A DNA stretch of 34,089 nt from NCBI GenBank assembly GCA_046484245.1, contig JAWOBN010000029.1, positions 1 to 34,089 of the forward strand. Direction: 5' to 3'. Positions 18,664-28,133 of this stretch are shown here, piece after piece. The notes beneath the pieces were generated by a model, which worked only from the letters and a program-made list of their open reading frames with translations, was not told the DNA's origin and did no database searches. Made by a program: the position numbers and the translations under genes. Origin of the DNA: a bacterium (GTDB lineage Bacteria; Hydrothermota; 32-111). How positions within the stretch are numbered: position 1 is the stretch's first letter; each line of letters opens with the position of its first letter.

Positions 18664-18814
18664 TAATTCAACTATAAACATCCGGCCGGTTATCCGCGAA
18701 GCAATCTCTATGGCCGGCTTGTCACATTGCCGGCAGCTGAAGGCAGACCCTCAGGCATCTACAAATATTTAAGAAGACATTATTCATTTATAATCACAAT
18801 AAAATGCGATGTTA

Positions 18815-18842
18815 TTGACAAGGTATTTTAAAATGTTAAAAT
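18815..18842 (+). promoter_or_regulatory. Sigma70 promoter of the aminotransferase operon
   Basis: TTGACA, 16 nt, TAAAAT with an extended TG; strong SD AAGGAGGT before ATG 18871. Confidence 0.75.
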
Positions 18843-18870
18843 TTCACAATAAACAAGTAAGGAGGTTTTA

Positions 18871-19938
18871 ATGCATAAAAAATTATTCATTCCGGGACCT
18901 GTAGAGGTTGTCAAGGAAGTGCGGGATGCAATGGCTGTTGAGATGATAGGACACCGTTTCCCCGAATTCTCAGACCTTTACAATGATGTTGTTCCCAAGC
19001 TGCAGAAAGCGCTGTTTACTGACAACAGGGTATTTCTGGTTACTGCTTCTGCAACAGGATGCATGGAAGCAACAACAAAGAATTTCTCAAGGAAGAAAAT
19101 ACTCAGTGCAATGTGCGGCGCATTCTCCGACAGATGGAATGATATTGCTCTGGCAAACGGCAAAGAGGCGGATCAGCTGAAGGTTGAATGGGGTAAAGCG
19201 ATCAAACCGGAGATGGTTGATGAAAAGCTCAGTACAGGTGATTATGATCTTTTGACACTTGTTCTCAATGAAACATCCACAGGTGTGTATAATCCCATTG
19301 AAGAAATTGCAGAGGTAGTGAAGAAGTATCCTGATGTGATACTGGCTGTTGATGCTGTTTCAGCAATGACAGGAGTCAAGGTTGAAGTGGACAAACTGGG
19401 TATTGATGTAATACTCGCAGGTGTTCAGAAGGCATTCGCACTGCCCCCGGGACTTGCTGTAATGGCTGTTTCCGATAAAGCCCTTGACCGTATCAGTGAG
19501 GTTGAGAACAGGGGTTATTACTTTGACATGAAGAATTTCATCAAATACGACAAGAGGGGACAGACACCCTCAACCCCCTCTATTTCCCATATCAATGCAC
19601 TGAATGTCCAGATGGACAGGATGTTCAAGGAAGGGCTGGATAACAGGTTTGCAAGGCATGAGAAAATGTCCCGGATCGTATGGAAATGGGTAGAGGACAA
19701 GGGATTCTCCCTATTCCCGGAAAAGGGATATGAGTCACCGACTGTTGTGACAATAAACAATACACATGGTAAATCCGTAAAGGAACTCAATGCTGCTCTG
19801 GCTAAGAAGGGCAAGGTTATATCCAATGGATACGGCAAACTCAAGGAAGAGACATTCAGGATAGGCACAATGGGTGACCTGCAGCCTGAGGATATTGAGG
19901 AACTGCTAGAAGACATAAATGAAATATGGAATCTTTAG
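18871..19938 (+). CDS. Class V PLP aminotransferase (serine-pyruvate/alanine-glyoxylate family)
   Basis: LFIPGPV, GHR, NETSTG, DAVS, GVQKA (PLP lysine), PPGL, TPSTP, FRIGTMG. Confidence 0.93.
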   Translation: MHKKLFIPGPVEVVKEVRDAMAVEMIGHRFPEFSDLYNDVVPKLQKALFTDNRVFLVTASATGCMEATTKNFSRKKILSAMCGAFSDRWNDIALANGKEADQLKVEWGKAIKPEMVDEKLSTGDYDLLTLVLNETSTGVYNPIEEIAEVVKKYPDVILAVDAVSAMTGVKVEVDKLGIDVILAGVQKAFALPPGLAVMAVSDKALDRISEVENRGYYFDMKNFIKYDKRGQTPSTPSISHINALNVQMDRMFKEGLDNRFARHEKMSRIVWKWVEDKGFSLFPEKGYESPTVVTINNTHGKSVKELNAALAKKGKVISNGYGKLKEETFRIGTMGDLQPEDIEELLEDINEIWNL

Positions 19939-19947
19939 GAGGCAAAT

Positions 19948-20844
19948 ATGAAAGTACTGGTTTGCGATAAAATAGCTGACAATGCTGTTGAAGCCATCAG
20001 GGAACTCGGTCATGATGTCACTGTTAAGACGGATATGACACCCGAACAGTTGCTTGAGACAGTTCCCGGCTATGAAGTGATGATTGTCAGAAGTGCAACA
20101 AAGGTCAGGGAGAATGTTATTGACAAAGCAGAAAACCTTAAACTCGTTATCAGAGGCGGAGTCGGTCTGGACAATATTGATGTTGATTATGCCAAGAGCA
20201 AGGGGGTGACAGTCAGTAATACACCTGCAGCATCATCAGTGTCAGTTGCTGAACTCGCATTTGCTCACATGCTCTCGCTGGCAAGGCATATTGCTCCTGC
20301 AGACAAGACAATGAAGGAAGGCAAGTGGAACAAGAAACAGTACAGAGGCAATGAGATGACAGGCAAGACACTCGGTATTGTCGGGTGCGGAAGAATAGGC
20401 AGAGAGGCAGCCCGTATTGCAGAAGGTTTCAGAATGAATGTGATAGGTTATGACCCTTATGTGAAGGAATGTTCAGAACCATTCATCAGCATGAAGGAGT
20501 ATGACGAGGTTTTAGAGGAAGCTGATTTCATAACACTGCATCTGCCTTTTACTGAGCAGACAAAGCATATGTTCTCCAAGGAGCATTTTGCAAAAATGAA
20601 GGAAGAGGCATTCTTTGTATCCTGTGCTCGCGGCGGAATTGTTGATGAAAAGGCGCTTGCAGATGCACTCAAGAATAATGAGATAAAAGGCGCTGCACTG
20701 GATGTATATGAGAAAGAGCCGCCTGAGATGAGCGAACTCTTTGAACTGGATAATTTTGAAGCATCACCCCATATAGGAGCCCAGACATTTGAGGCTCAGG
20801 ATAAAGTGGGTGATGAAATTGTTAAAATAATCAAGAATTTCTGA
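19948..20844 (+). CDS. D-2-hydroxyacid dehydrogenase, SerA-like without an ACT domain (3-phosphoglycerate dehydrogenase or hydroxypyruvate reductase)
   Basis: VRSATKV, GVGLDNID, GCGRIG, ARGG, LDVYEKEP, PHIGAQT; only 298 aa. Confidence 0.9.
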   Translation: MKVLVCDKIADNAVEAIRELGHDVTVKTDMTPEQLLETVPGYEVMIVRSATKVRENVIDKAENLKLVIRGGVGLDNIDVDYAKSKGVTVSNTPAASSVSVAELAFAHMLSLARHIAPADKTMKEGKWNKKQYRGNEMTGKTLGIVGCGRIGREAARIAEGFRMNVIGYDPYVKECSEPFISMKEYDEVLEEADFITLHLPFTEQTKHMFSKEHFAKMKEEAFFVSCARGGIVDEKALADALKNNEIKGAALDVYEKEPPEMSELFELDNFEASPHIGAQTFEAQDKVGDEIVKIIKNF

Positions 20845-20846
20845 AA

Positions 20847-20867
20847 AAGGGGGCTTTATGCCCCCTT
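20847..20867. terminator. GC hairpin after the dehydrogenase (weak U-tract on +)
   Basis: AAGGGGGC-TTTAT-GCCCCCTT. Confidence 0.6.
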
Positions 20868-20872
20868 CCATT

Positions 20873-23623
20873 ATGCATAAAGCATTCTTCACCGGCATTC
20901 TCCTGAAATACAGATTATCGGCACTCTCTATATGCTGTATATTCTTTGCCGGCAATACTGTCCTTATTTCAGCTCTTTACCCCTTTGTGTGGAATATGTG
21001 CTGTGCGTCATTTAGTCTCTACACTGTTCTAATAATCATATTGGCAATACTGCACCTGACTGTATTCCTCTTTACTCTCTTCCCTGCTGAGAGGACTATT
21101 GAAAGGGTCAACAGCCTGAATCCGCATCTGAGAAACAGTATAATAACTGCATTTGAACTGAGCAGAAAGGACAAACTCAATCCTACTGAAGAAGAATTCC
21201 TTGAATCAGCTCAGTTGAACAGTGCTTCAGTCAAAACAGTGCCGCAGTATCCATTGATACAGTCAGTCAGATATTTCCTCTTCTCTGTAATTATACTCCT
21301 TATCACTCTTATTATATTCCCCGTCTTCATGACCAATATGTTCGGAATCACTGATAAGGAGGTTGTCCTGAAACCCGGCAGCAGACTGCACTGTATTTCC
21401 TACAATTACGGGGCAGTAAGCGGGCATATTATTGACAGCAGGGGCAATCATTACAGTGAGGACAATCATTACAAGCCGGATGACTATGTAATGTTCACCG
21501 GTCCGGGGGTGATGAGCAATAAACTGGCACTGAGATATGTAAGAAGTGATATTATTGATTCCATTACAGTGATAGTCAGCAATCCGGATTACAGGGGGGG
21601 CGGCAGAGACACTGTCCGCTCATTGTCAATGACACTGCCCCAGTATTCCACTGCCCGGGCAGTTGTATATTCAAGTTTTGCAGGCAATGATACAGTTTCA
21701 GTCAATAACGGGCAGCCTATTGAGAAGAACCATATTGAATCCCTAAGGATAATGGGGGATTCCGCTGCATTGACACTGGGTGTTGAAGAGGACAGATATC
21801 CTCTGTGTGAAATTGACAGAGACCTTATGCGGGGTTTGGACTATCAGTATATAAGGATACCTGTTATTGCAATTGATGATATCGGCATTGAATATGCCGG
21901 TATTGAGATCACTGAGAATAATGAGAAGCGTGTTTTGAAGGAGCAGAATGCCGATTCACTGTTCTTCCTTCTCTTCAATTCCGACAGTATAAGAGGCAGG
22001 CAGATTGAGGTGAGGGCTTTTGCCAAGGACAATAACCCCTTCAAGGAGCAGATATCCTATTCCGGTATAATAAGGATAACTGCTGACAGCAGCAGAATAG
22101 ATGTTTCCCGGGTCGCTGATACAGTAATTTCACCTGATTTCACCAATGAGAACAGTGAAGTGTCACAGAGGGTTCAGAATATCAAGTCCGCACTTATGCG
22201 CGGTGATACTGAAACAGCAGAGAGAGAGTTCAGGGAGGCAGTGGAAGAGATGAGGGAGTTCTCTTCAAGAACAGACAGCATACTGAGGGATATATCGGCA
22301 ATGAGGGTGGAAAAGGAGATACTGAAACATGTTTATGACATGAAGAAACGTATTGACAGACTGGATTCGGATATACTGGAGCAGATTACTGCTGATATGA
22401 AAATGGGACGGATGAAAGAGATGACTGAGGAGGAGCTGGAGGATTATATAATGAACAATACTGAAGAGATAGAGAAAGCATTGGACAGTATGGACAGTAT
22501 GCTTGATAAGCTTGAGACACTTTCAGACCTCAGCAGAATCAGGAAGAATCTGCAGACACTTATTGCCAGAGAGGAGGATGCAATCAATTCAGAGGATTCC
22601 CTTTTCACCCGAAAACAGGAGTCCATTACTCAGACACTGGAACGCATGGATAATGCAATTGAAGAGAGCAGGGATATGAGGGATGTGAAGAGAGATATGC
22701 AGAAGGCAGCTGAGATGTCCGGGCAGGCTGAAAAAGACCGGGCAAAAGCAGAGGAAGTGAAGAAGCAGATGGAGAAGATGTCTTCTGATATACTCAAACA
22801 GATGGGGGATATGACAGGTCAGTCAAATATTGATATCAATATGGTGATTGCCTCACTATATACAATGAACAAATATCTTGACAGTCATTCTGTCAACAGT
22901 TCTGTGAGAACATTCTACAGCAATCTGTATGCTTCAGTTACAGGGGATGCTGATATGCAGAGCCCTTTGTCTGCAATGATATCCGGTGTTTACAGGAGCC
23001 TTTCATCAGATCAAGTGAAGGGGGATGAGCTGATCAATGAGAATTTCAGGATAATCAGTTATCTGCTCTCGCCAAAGGATAATCCCAAAGGACAGGGGCA
23101 GTCCATGGAGCAGATGATGAACAGTATGAACTCAATGACAATGAAGCAGGAAATGATAATGCAGGCTCTAAAGAATATGATGCAGTCAGGGTCGGGCGAG
23201 AAGCAGATGCTGGATGAACTGGCGAGAATGCAGAGGGAAATGGCAGGTCATATGAGAAGGATGTCCCGTGAACAGGGCAGTGAGAAGATGCTCGGTGATA
23301 TGGAATCCCTTGCCGATTCACTGGACGATATGTCCCGTCAGATGGAAACAGGCGGCATTGACAGCAATATGGTCAATAAGCAGAACAGACTGCTGAACAG
23401 GATGCTTGATATGACGAAGTCCGTTTACAGGAAGAAGATATCCCCTGAGAGAAAGAGTTTGCCGGGTGGTGATTATACAATAAAGAGCAGTATTGTGCTG
23501 CCCGAGGACCTGGGGTTTGACAGATACTATATAAGGAGACAGCTGTTCAGGTATCTGGATAATTACGATAATGAGAAGTACAGACCCCTTATAAGGAAAT
23601 ACTATATGGAGATTATTGAATGA
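20873..23623 (+). CDS. Large membrane-anchored coiled-coil protein, DUF4175-like
   Basis: N-terminal TM helices, L..SIITAFEL, Ig-like PDY and AIDDIGI / AKDNNP segments, Q/M/E-rich coiled coil, C-terminal KYRPLIRKYY. Start placed after the hairpin. Confidence 0.7.
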   Translation: MHKAFFTGILLKYRLSALSICCIFFAGNTVLISALYPFVWNMCCASFSLYTVLIIILAILHLTVFLFTLFPAERTIERVNSLNPHLRNSIITAFELSRKDKLNPTEEEFLESAQLNSASVKTVPQYPLIQSVRYFLFSVIILLITLIIFPVFMTNMFGITDKEVVLKPGSRLHCISYNYGAVSGHIIDSRGNHYSEDNHYKPDDYVMFTGPGVMSNKLALRYVRSDIIDSITVIVSNPDYRGGGRDTVRSLSMTLPQYSTARAVVYSSFAGNDTVSVNNGQPIEKNHIESLRIMGDSAALTLGVEEDRYPLCEIDRDLMRGLDYQYIRIPVIAIDDIGIEYAGIEITENNEKRVLKEQNADSLFFLLFNSDSIRGRQIEVRAFAKDNNPFKEQISYSGIIRITADSSRIDVSRVADTVISPDFTNENSEVSQRVQNIKSALMRGDTETAEREFREAVEEMREFSSRTDSILRDISAMRVEKEILKHVYDMKKRIDRLDSDILEQITADMKMGRMKEMTEEELEDYIMNNTEEIEKALDSMDSMLDKLETLSDLSRIRKNLQTLIAREEDAINSEDSLFTRKQESITQTLERMDNAIEESRDMRDVKRDMQKAAEMSGQAEKDRAKAEEVKKQMEKMSSDILKQMGDMTGQSNIDINMVIASLYTMNKYLDSHSVNSSVRTFYSNLYASVTGDADMQSPLSAMISGVYRSLSSDQVKGDELINENFRIISYLLSPKDNPKGQGQSMEQMMNSMNSMTMKQEMIMQALKNMMQSGSGEKQMLDELARMQREMAGHMRRMSREQGSEKMLGDMESLADSLDDMSRQMETGGIDSNMVNKQNRLLNRMLDMTKSVYRKKISPERKSLPGGDYTIKSSIVLPEDLGFDRYYIRRQLFRYLDNYDNEKYRPLIRKYYMEIIE

Positions 23624-24903
23624 AATCCATTATGACACTGTTTATGATAATTGTGACAGTAATGCTTGCTTCCGGGGAGCTTGAGGATCTCATTGAAAGG
23701 AAGAATATACAGGGCATTGTTCAATATATTGCATCCAGTGACAGTAAGATGACTGATATTGACATTATTGCAGCAAATAAGGAACAATTCCCCGCAGGGG
23801 GATTCAGAATGCTCCTGAGGGCTTTATCGGGGCATGCAGATGCGGGGGATATTGCCCGCATACTGGTAAAACACAGTATTGATGAGAGAACATACCCCTA
23901 TATGCTGAGTTATTACAGGGGTCAGGACACGAAGGAGCTTATCCGTTTCATAACAGACAACAGTAATGCGGATATTGATATGAGACATTACACAGAACTC
24001 TTTTTCCGGTGGGGCATACTGGAGGATGTTTTTGACAATGCCCGGCAGGGGAGTGAGCTCTGCTTCTTCTCTGCAGCCAAGTTATACAGTGAAAATGGCG
24101 GGAGGCAATACCTTGAAGCACTCTGCCGGTTCGGCAATCTGCGTGTGAGGGAATTATTTGCAGGCAGCCGGTTCAGTGAGGAGCGTAAGGGGATGCTCAT
24201 GGAATATGCTGTGAAGAGCAATGGCATTGAGCATTTTGAGGATATACTGACAAAATATGCTGTGTATTTCCCTGACAGCAATCTCTCTCATTTCTTCAAT
24301 GGTACTGAAATGGAAGATGCATATCAATTATTCGTCAAGTCCTTCACTGAACCGGGTAGGGGGTCCGGTATAGAAAATGAAATGCTGCGCCTTGCATCCG
24401 GTGTTTACAATGGCAGGCAGTATGAAACAGATGATTTCAGTGAGCAATATCCCGGCAGTATTGTCATGCGTTATCTGGAAATGATGTATATGCTCTTTGA
24501 GTCCAATGAAAGTGAATTCAAGCGGATACTCTCCTATTTCCTTATGGCAGAAAGCAATTACACAGTAAGGATGAAACTCGTAAAAATGCTTCTTATTAGC
24601 AATTATATTGATGACGGGACATTTCTCAGGTATTATTATACAGGCAGCAGGGACAAGTATGAACAATTCATTAATCTCATTGCACCTGAGTCACCACTCG
24701 GATATGAGATGCATCTGCAGGCAGGTGACCCGGAGAAAGCCGACTCAATTGCATCAGGTTTCACAGGTCCGGAGGATAATCTGCTGAGAATAATTATTGA
24801 TATGGAAAGAGGCAGGGATGTCAATATTGACTCATTCATGAAACAGTATCCCGAGTATCCGCTTAATATTATTTTGATGGAGTTTGCTGATGAAAGGAAT
24901 TAG
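23620..24903 (+). CDS. Hypothetical secreted alpha-helical (TPR-like) protein
   Basis: Signal peptide; helical composition; FMKQYP near the C-terminus; ATGA coupling with the upstream gene. Confidence 0.65.
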   Translation: MKSIMTLFMIIVTVMLASGELEDLIERKNIQGIVQYIASSDSKMTDIDIIAANKEQFPAGGFRMLLRALSGHADAGDIARILVKHSIDERTYPYMLSYYRGQDTKELIRFITDNSNADIDMRHYTELFFRWGILEDVFDNARQGSELCFFSAAKLYSENGGRQYLEALCRFGNLRVRELFAGSRFSEERKGMLMEYAVKSNGIEHFEDILTKYAVYFPDSNLSHFFNGTEMEDAYQLFVKSFTEPGRGSGIENEMLRLASGVYNGRQYETDDFSEQYPGSIVMRYLEMMYMLFESNESEFKRILSYFLMAESNYTVRMKLVKMLLISNYIDDGTFLRYYYTGSRDKYEQFINLIAPESPLGYEMHLQAGDPEKADSIASGFTGPEDNLLRIIIDMERGRDVNIDSFMKQYPEYPLNIILMEFADERN

Positions 24904-26122
24904 TGTTCTGACCGGTATACTGATATGTATTATTGCTGCAGGGTCCGGTATATTGATACCCATGGATAATGAGCAGAATGACCATCTCAGGGCATACGGC
25001 ATTGTCTATAATATGCTTCAGCAGAATGTCAAATCGCATTGGCTCCTCGGATACAGGGGCGGAGCATTCATTATTGAAAGCAGTGATGCAATATCCCTCT
25101 GTACTGAAAAAGGTGTCAGTTTCTTTGAGATAACTGACAGCCGTAAATCACATATACTAAGTTCAATGGAGAAAAACGGACAGAAGGCAGTGCTCCTTGA
25201 AAAAGCACCCCGTATTGCAGTGTATTCACCCCCTGACAAAGACCCGTGGGATGACGCTGTAACACTGGCTCTGGAGTATGCCTCCATTGAATATGATGTT
25301 ATATATGATACTGAGATACTTAACGGAAAGCTCTATAAGTATGACTGGCTTCATCTTCATCATGAGGATTTCACCGGGCAGTTTGACAGATTTTATATGT
25401 CTGCATTCAATACACCGTGGTTTCAGAAGATGTACAAGAGAACAATCAATACAGCACAGAAGCTCGGTTACAGTAAATACTGGATAATGAAGCGTGATGT
25501 TGCCGGACGCATAGCAGGTTATGTGGAGAAGGGCGGATTCCTCTTCTCAATGTGCTCGGGAACCAATTCCCTGGATATTGCACTTGCTATAGGCAATCAG
25601 GATAATATACCCGCTGTACTGGATAATGACGGAATGGAGTCAATTGAACCGGATTATTCGCGCACAATGGCATTTGAGGGATTTGAACTGAACAATTCTT
25701 CAACACTCAATCTCGCGGATATAAATTACGAACCGCCTGAAAGAATGCTATGGCAGAATCAGAAATTCAAATTAAGGGTCTTTGCACCCCTCATTGATCC
25801 TGTTGAGGCAATGCTCACCCAGAACCACAGATTGTATATTGATGAATTCCTCGGCAGAACAACTGCATACAGAAAGCAGAAAATAAGGGGTGATGTCGTG
25901 ATACTTGCTGATGCATGCGACAACAGGCTTGCAAAATATATTCACGGTAATTACGGCAAGGGATTTTTCACATTCTTTGCAGGCCATGATCCTGAGGATT
26001 ATGTGCATTATGTCAATGACCCTCCCACTGATCTCAATCTGCACAGGAATTCACCCGGATACAGGCTGATCCTCAATAATGTTCTATTCCCTGCATCAGG
26101 GCAGAAGAAGAAAAAGACATAG
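24890..26122 (+). CDS. Secreted class I glutamine amidotransferase-like protein (family often labelled 'asparagine synthetase B')
   Basis: LIPMD..Q..HLRAYG, PWDDAVTLALEYA, DWLHLHHEDFTGQ, GGFLFSMCSG, GHDPED, SPGYRLILNNVLFP; GGAG precedes ATG 24890. Confidence 0.82.
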   Translation: MKGISVLTGILICIIAAGSGILIPMDNEQNDHLRAYGIVYNMLQQNVKSHWLLGYRGGAFIIESSDAISLCTEKGVSFFEITDSRKSHILSSMEKNGQKAVLLEKAPRIAVYSPPDKDPWDDAVTLALEYASIEYDVIYDTEILNGKLYKYDWLHLHHEDFTGQFDRFYMSAFNTPWFQKMYKRTINTAQKLGYSKYWIMKRDVAGRIAGYVEKGGFLFSMCSGTNSLDIALAIGNQDNIPAVLDNDGMESIEPDYSRTMAFEGFELNNSSTLNLADINYEPPERMLWQNQKFKLRVFAPLIDPVEAMLTQNHRLYIDEFLGRTTAYRKQKIRGDVVILADACDNRLAKYIHGNYGKGFFTFFAGHDPEDYVHYVNDPPTDLNLHRNSPGYRLILNNVLFPASGQKKKKT

Positions 26123-26176
26123 AATGGGGTGAAGGGCAATTGCACAGATGTATCGGCTTACACCTGCATAATTGAC

Positions 26177-26415
26177 CGTCTTTCCTCATAAGAAAAAGTC
26201 ACTGAATATAATTATTATGTAATGTTTGATTTCTTAATAAAAAAGCATTGAGCATAGTGATTGATGTAATGACTGTGAAGGTCACACATTCTCATCAGCA
26301 CCGAATTATCGGTTATGCACGGATTGGCAAAGGTGCTTTCTGAGAACTGTCCTCGCCTCATATCTTTTATGAGGAAACATATGTCTTTCAAGTACTTTAA
26401 TTTTGAGGAATAACG
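26177..26415. mobile_element. MITE copy 2 (239 bp) with 6-bp target-site duplication ATTGAC
   Basis: Termini CGTCTTTCCTCA...TGAGGAATAACG form a 10/12 inverted match; ATTGAC at 26171-26176 and 26416-26421. Confidence 0.9.
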
Positions 26416-26421
26416 ATTGAC

Positions 26422-26449
26422 TTGACTTATTTACCGGGGATAATAGAAT
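26422..26449 (+). promoter_or_regulatory. Sigma70 promoter of the TM2 gene
   Basis: TTGACT, 16 nt, TAGAAT; SD AAGGAG before ATG 26468. Confidence 0.72.
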
Positions 26450-26467
26450 CATTAAAAAGGAGCTCAT

Positions 26468-26773
26468 ATGAAATACTGTGTAAATTGCGGAGAAGAAATA
26501 GATCCACGGGCGGAAATATGCCCCCATTGCGGTGTCAGACAGCCCGGCATGGCAACAGGCAGTGGAGCCATTACATCCCGTATTGTTGCAGCCCTGTTTG
26601 CCATTCTTCTGGGCAGTTTCGGCATACATAAATTCTATCTCGGTCAGATAGGCTGGGGTATCGTATATATAATTTTCTCATGGACAGGTATTCCCGCTAT
26701 TGTCGGTGTGATTGAGGGCATCATATACCTTACCTATTCGGATGAAGAATTCACTCTCAGGTATAATAGATAA
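26468..26773 (+). CDS. Zinc-ribbon plus TM2 (NINE) domain membrane protein
   Basis: CVNCG...CPHCG; AALFAILLGSFGIHKFYLGQ...GIVYIIFSWTGIP. Confidence 0.92.
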   Translation: MKYCVNCGEEIDPRAEICPHCGVRQPGMATGSGAITSRIVAALFAILLGSFGIHKFYLGQIGWGIVYIIFSWTGIPAIVGVIEGIIYLTYSDEEFTLRYNR

Positions 26774-28052
26774 GAATCGCATCCCGGCAATTATATACTT
26801 GCTGTGGATTGCCTTCTCACTGACAATGCCGGCAATCTATCTGGCTTATAATGCCTATTATATCAAGCCCTATCTGCCCACATTCATCATCTATTATGCA
26901 GTATCATTATCCGTATTGCTGTTCATGAAAATCATAAGATTCAGACATCTTATATACAGTGTGCCTCTTGCTGTAATCATTACTTCAATCTTTTTCAGAT
27001 ATTCCGTTTTCCCTGAACTGGTCATTCTCGGTCTTAACAGGGCGATAATCATTGTGCTCTCTCTGACAGCACATTACACAAAAGCATCTGCATGCAGAAG
27101 GGTGAGGACCGTATATATTAATATACTCATTATCGTCATATCAGCAGAGATCCTGCTCCGTCTTGTATTTGCATTGACAGGCATGGATATACTGAAGCGC
27201 AGGAATGAGATAGTAAGGCTCAGACCGGGCAGCCGGGTCAATAATATAATTATCAATAATGAGGGTTTTCCGGGCGAAACCCCGTTTACTGAAAATAAGC
27301 ATAGATGGCTCTTTACAGGTGATTCATTCGGTGTGGGTATAGTTGATTATCAGTACAATTTCATTCACATGACAGGTGAGGGATTCTCCGTAACGGACAT
27401 CAATCTCTCCCAGCCCGGGTATTCACCCTATGATTATTATCACACACTCAATCAATACATCAATACAGTTGAACCGGAGAGAGTGTTTGTCATCCTCTTT
27501 ACAGGCAATGATATAAGCGAGTGGAATATCCCGGAGAATAACTGGTCTTATGAGAATATGAGAACAGTCAATTTAGCAAGGAATATCCTGATGCTTGCAA
27601 TCAGGGATATGCCTGCTGAAGGGAGACTGGAGCATTCATATGAGGAATTACTCGCAATTGAAATCAGGCGTATTGTTGAAACAAGACAGGAAAATGTTGA
27701 TAAATGGGACAGATACAGGCATTATCTGGCAAAAATTACCGGATTGGCTCATAAGAATGGCATTAAACTGCAATATATCATTATTCCCGACAGATACGAG
27801 GTGGATAAAGGGCTTCAGGATTCCATTGTTTCCCGATTGGGATACAGTCCTGATTTTCATTATGCCGGGGAGAGAACCCGGAAGATACTGGACTCTCTTA
27901 AAGCAGGTTATATTAATACTTACGACGCGCTCAGCAAGGAGGGAGCTGACGGATTCGCACCATTTAATACCCATATAGACAGGTCGGGCAATAGGGCAGT
28001 ATATGAGGCAATAGCAGAATACCTCGGTAATGAAACAATTGACAATAAATAA
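26742..28052 (+). CDS. Membrane-anchored SGNH/GDSL hydrolase-like protein
   Basis: Several N-terminal TM helices, AEILLR, NNEGF, GDSF, GYSP, GND, IIP and terminal TH...GN. Start uncertain (26712 or 26742). Confidence 0.8.
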   Translation: MKNSLSGIIDKNRIPAIIYLLWIAFSLTMPAIYLAYNAYYIKPYLPTFIIYYAVSLSVLLFMKIIRFRHLIYSVPLAVIITSIFFRYSVFPELVILGLNRAIIIVLSLTAHYTKASACRRVRTVYINILIIVISAEILLRLVFALTGMDILKRRNEIVRLRPGSRVNNIIINNEGFPGETPFTENKHRWLFTGDSFGVGIVDYQYNFIHMTGEGFSVTDINLSQPGYSPYDYYHTLNQYINTVEPERVFVILFTGNDISEWNIPENNWSYENMRTVNLARNILMLAIRDMPAEGRLEHSYEELLAIEIRRIVETRQENVDKWDRYRHYLAKITGLAHKNGIKLQYIIIPDRYEVDKGLQDSIVSRLGYSPDFHYAGERTRKILDSLKAGYINTYDALSKEGADGFAPFNTHIDRSGNRAVYEAIAEYLGNETIDNK

Positions 28053-28127
28053 TCATTCATTATGTTATTTAATGAAACCAAAATAAATTGTAAAACCTGT
28101 TGACAAAAGGACTTTCCTATATATAAT
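28039..28127 (+). promoter_or_regulatory. Tandem sigma70 promoters with no downstream CDS
   Basis: TTGACA(28039)-16-TATGTT(28061) and TTGACA(28100)-16-TATAAT(28122). Confidence 0.75.
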
Positions 28128-28133
28128 ATGTAT

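Noticed and set aside
18670..18765. Possible glycine riboswitch upstream of the aminotransferase (CTGAAGG...CTCAGG, with CCGGCC/GGCCGG stem)
   Set aside because: It lacks the GGAGA and P1-P3 architecture, and a strong promoter lies downstream at 18815, so the segment would not be in the leader. An Rfam scan would settle it.
20858..20872. ORF-track start for the DUF4175-like gene
   Set aside because: This ATG lies in the terminator hairpin; ATG 20873 is more plausible.
26135..26175. Imperfect hairpin after the GATase-like gene as a terminator
   Set aside because: Several mismatches and no U-tract.
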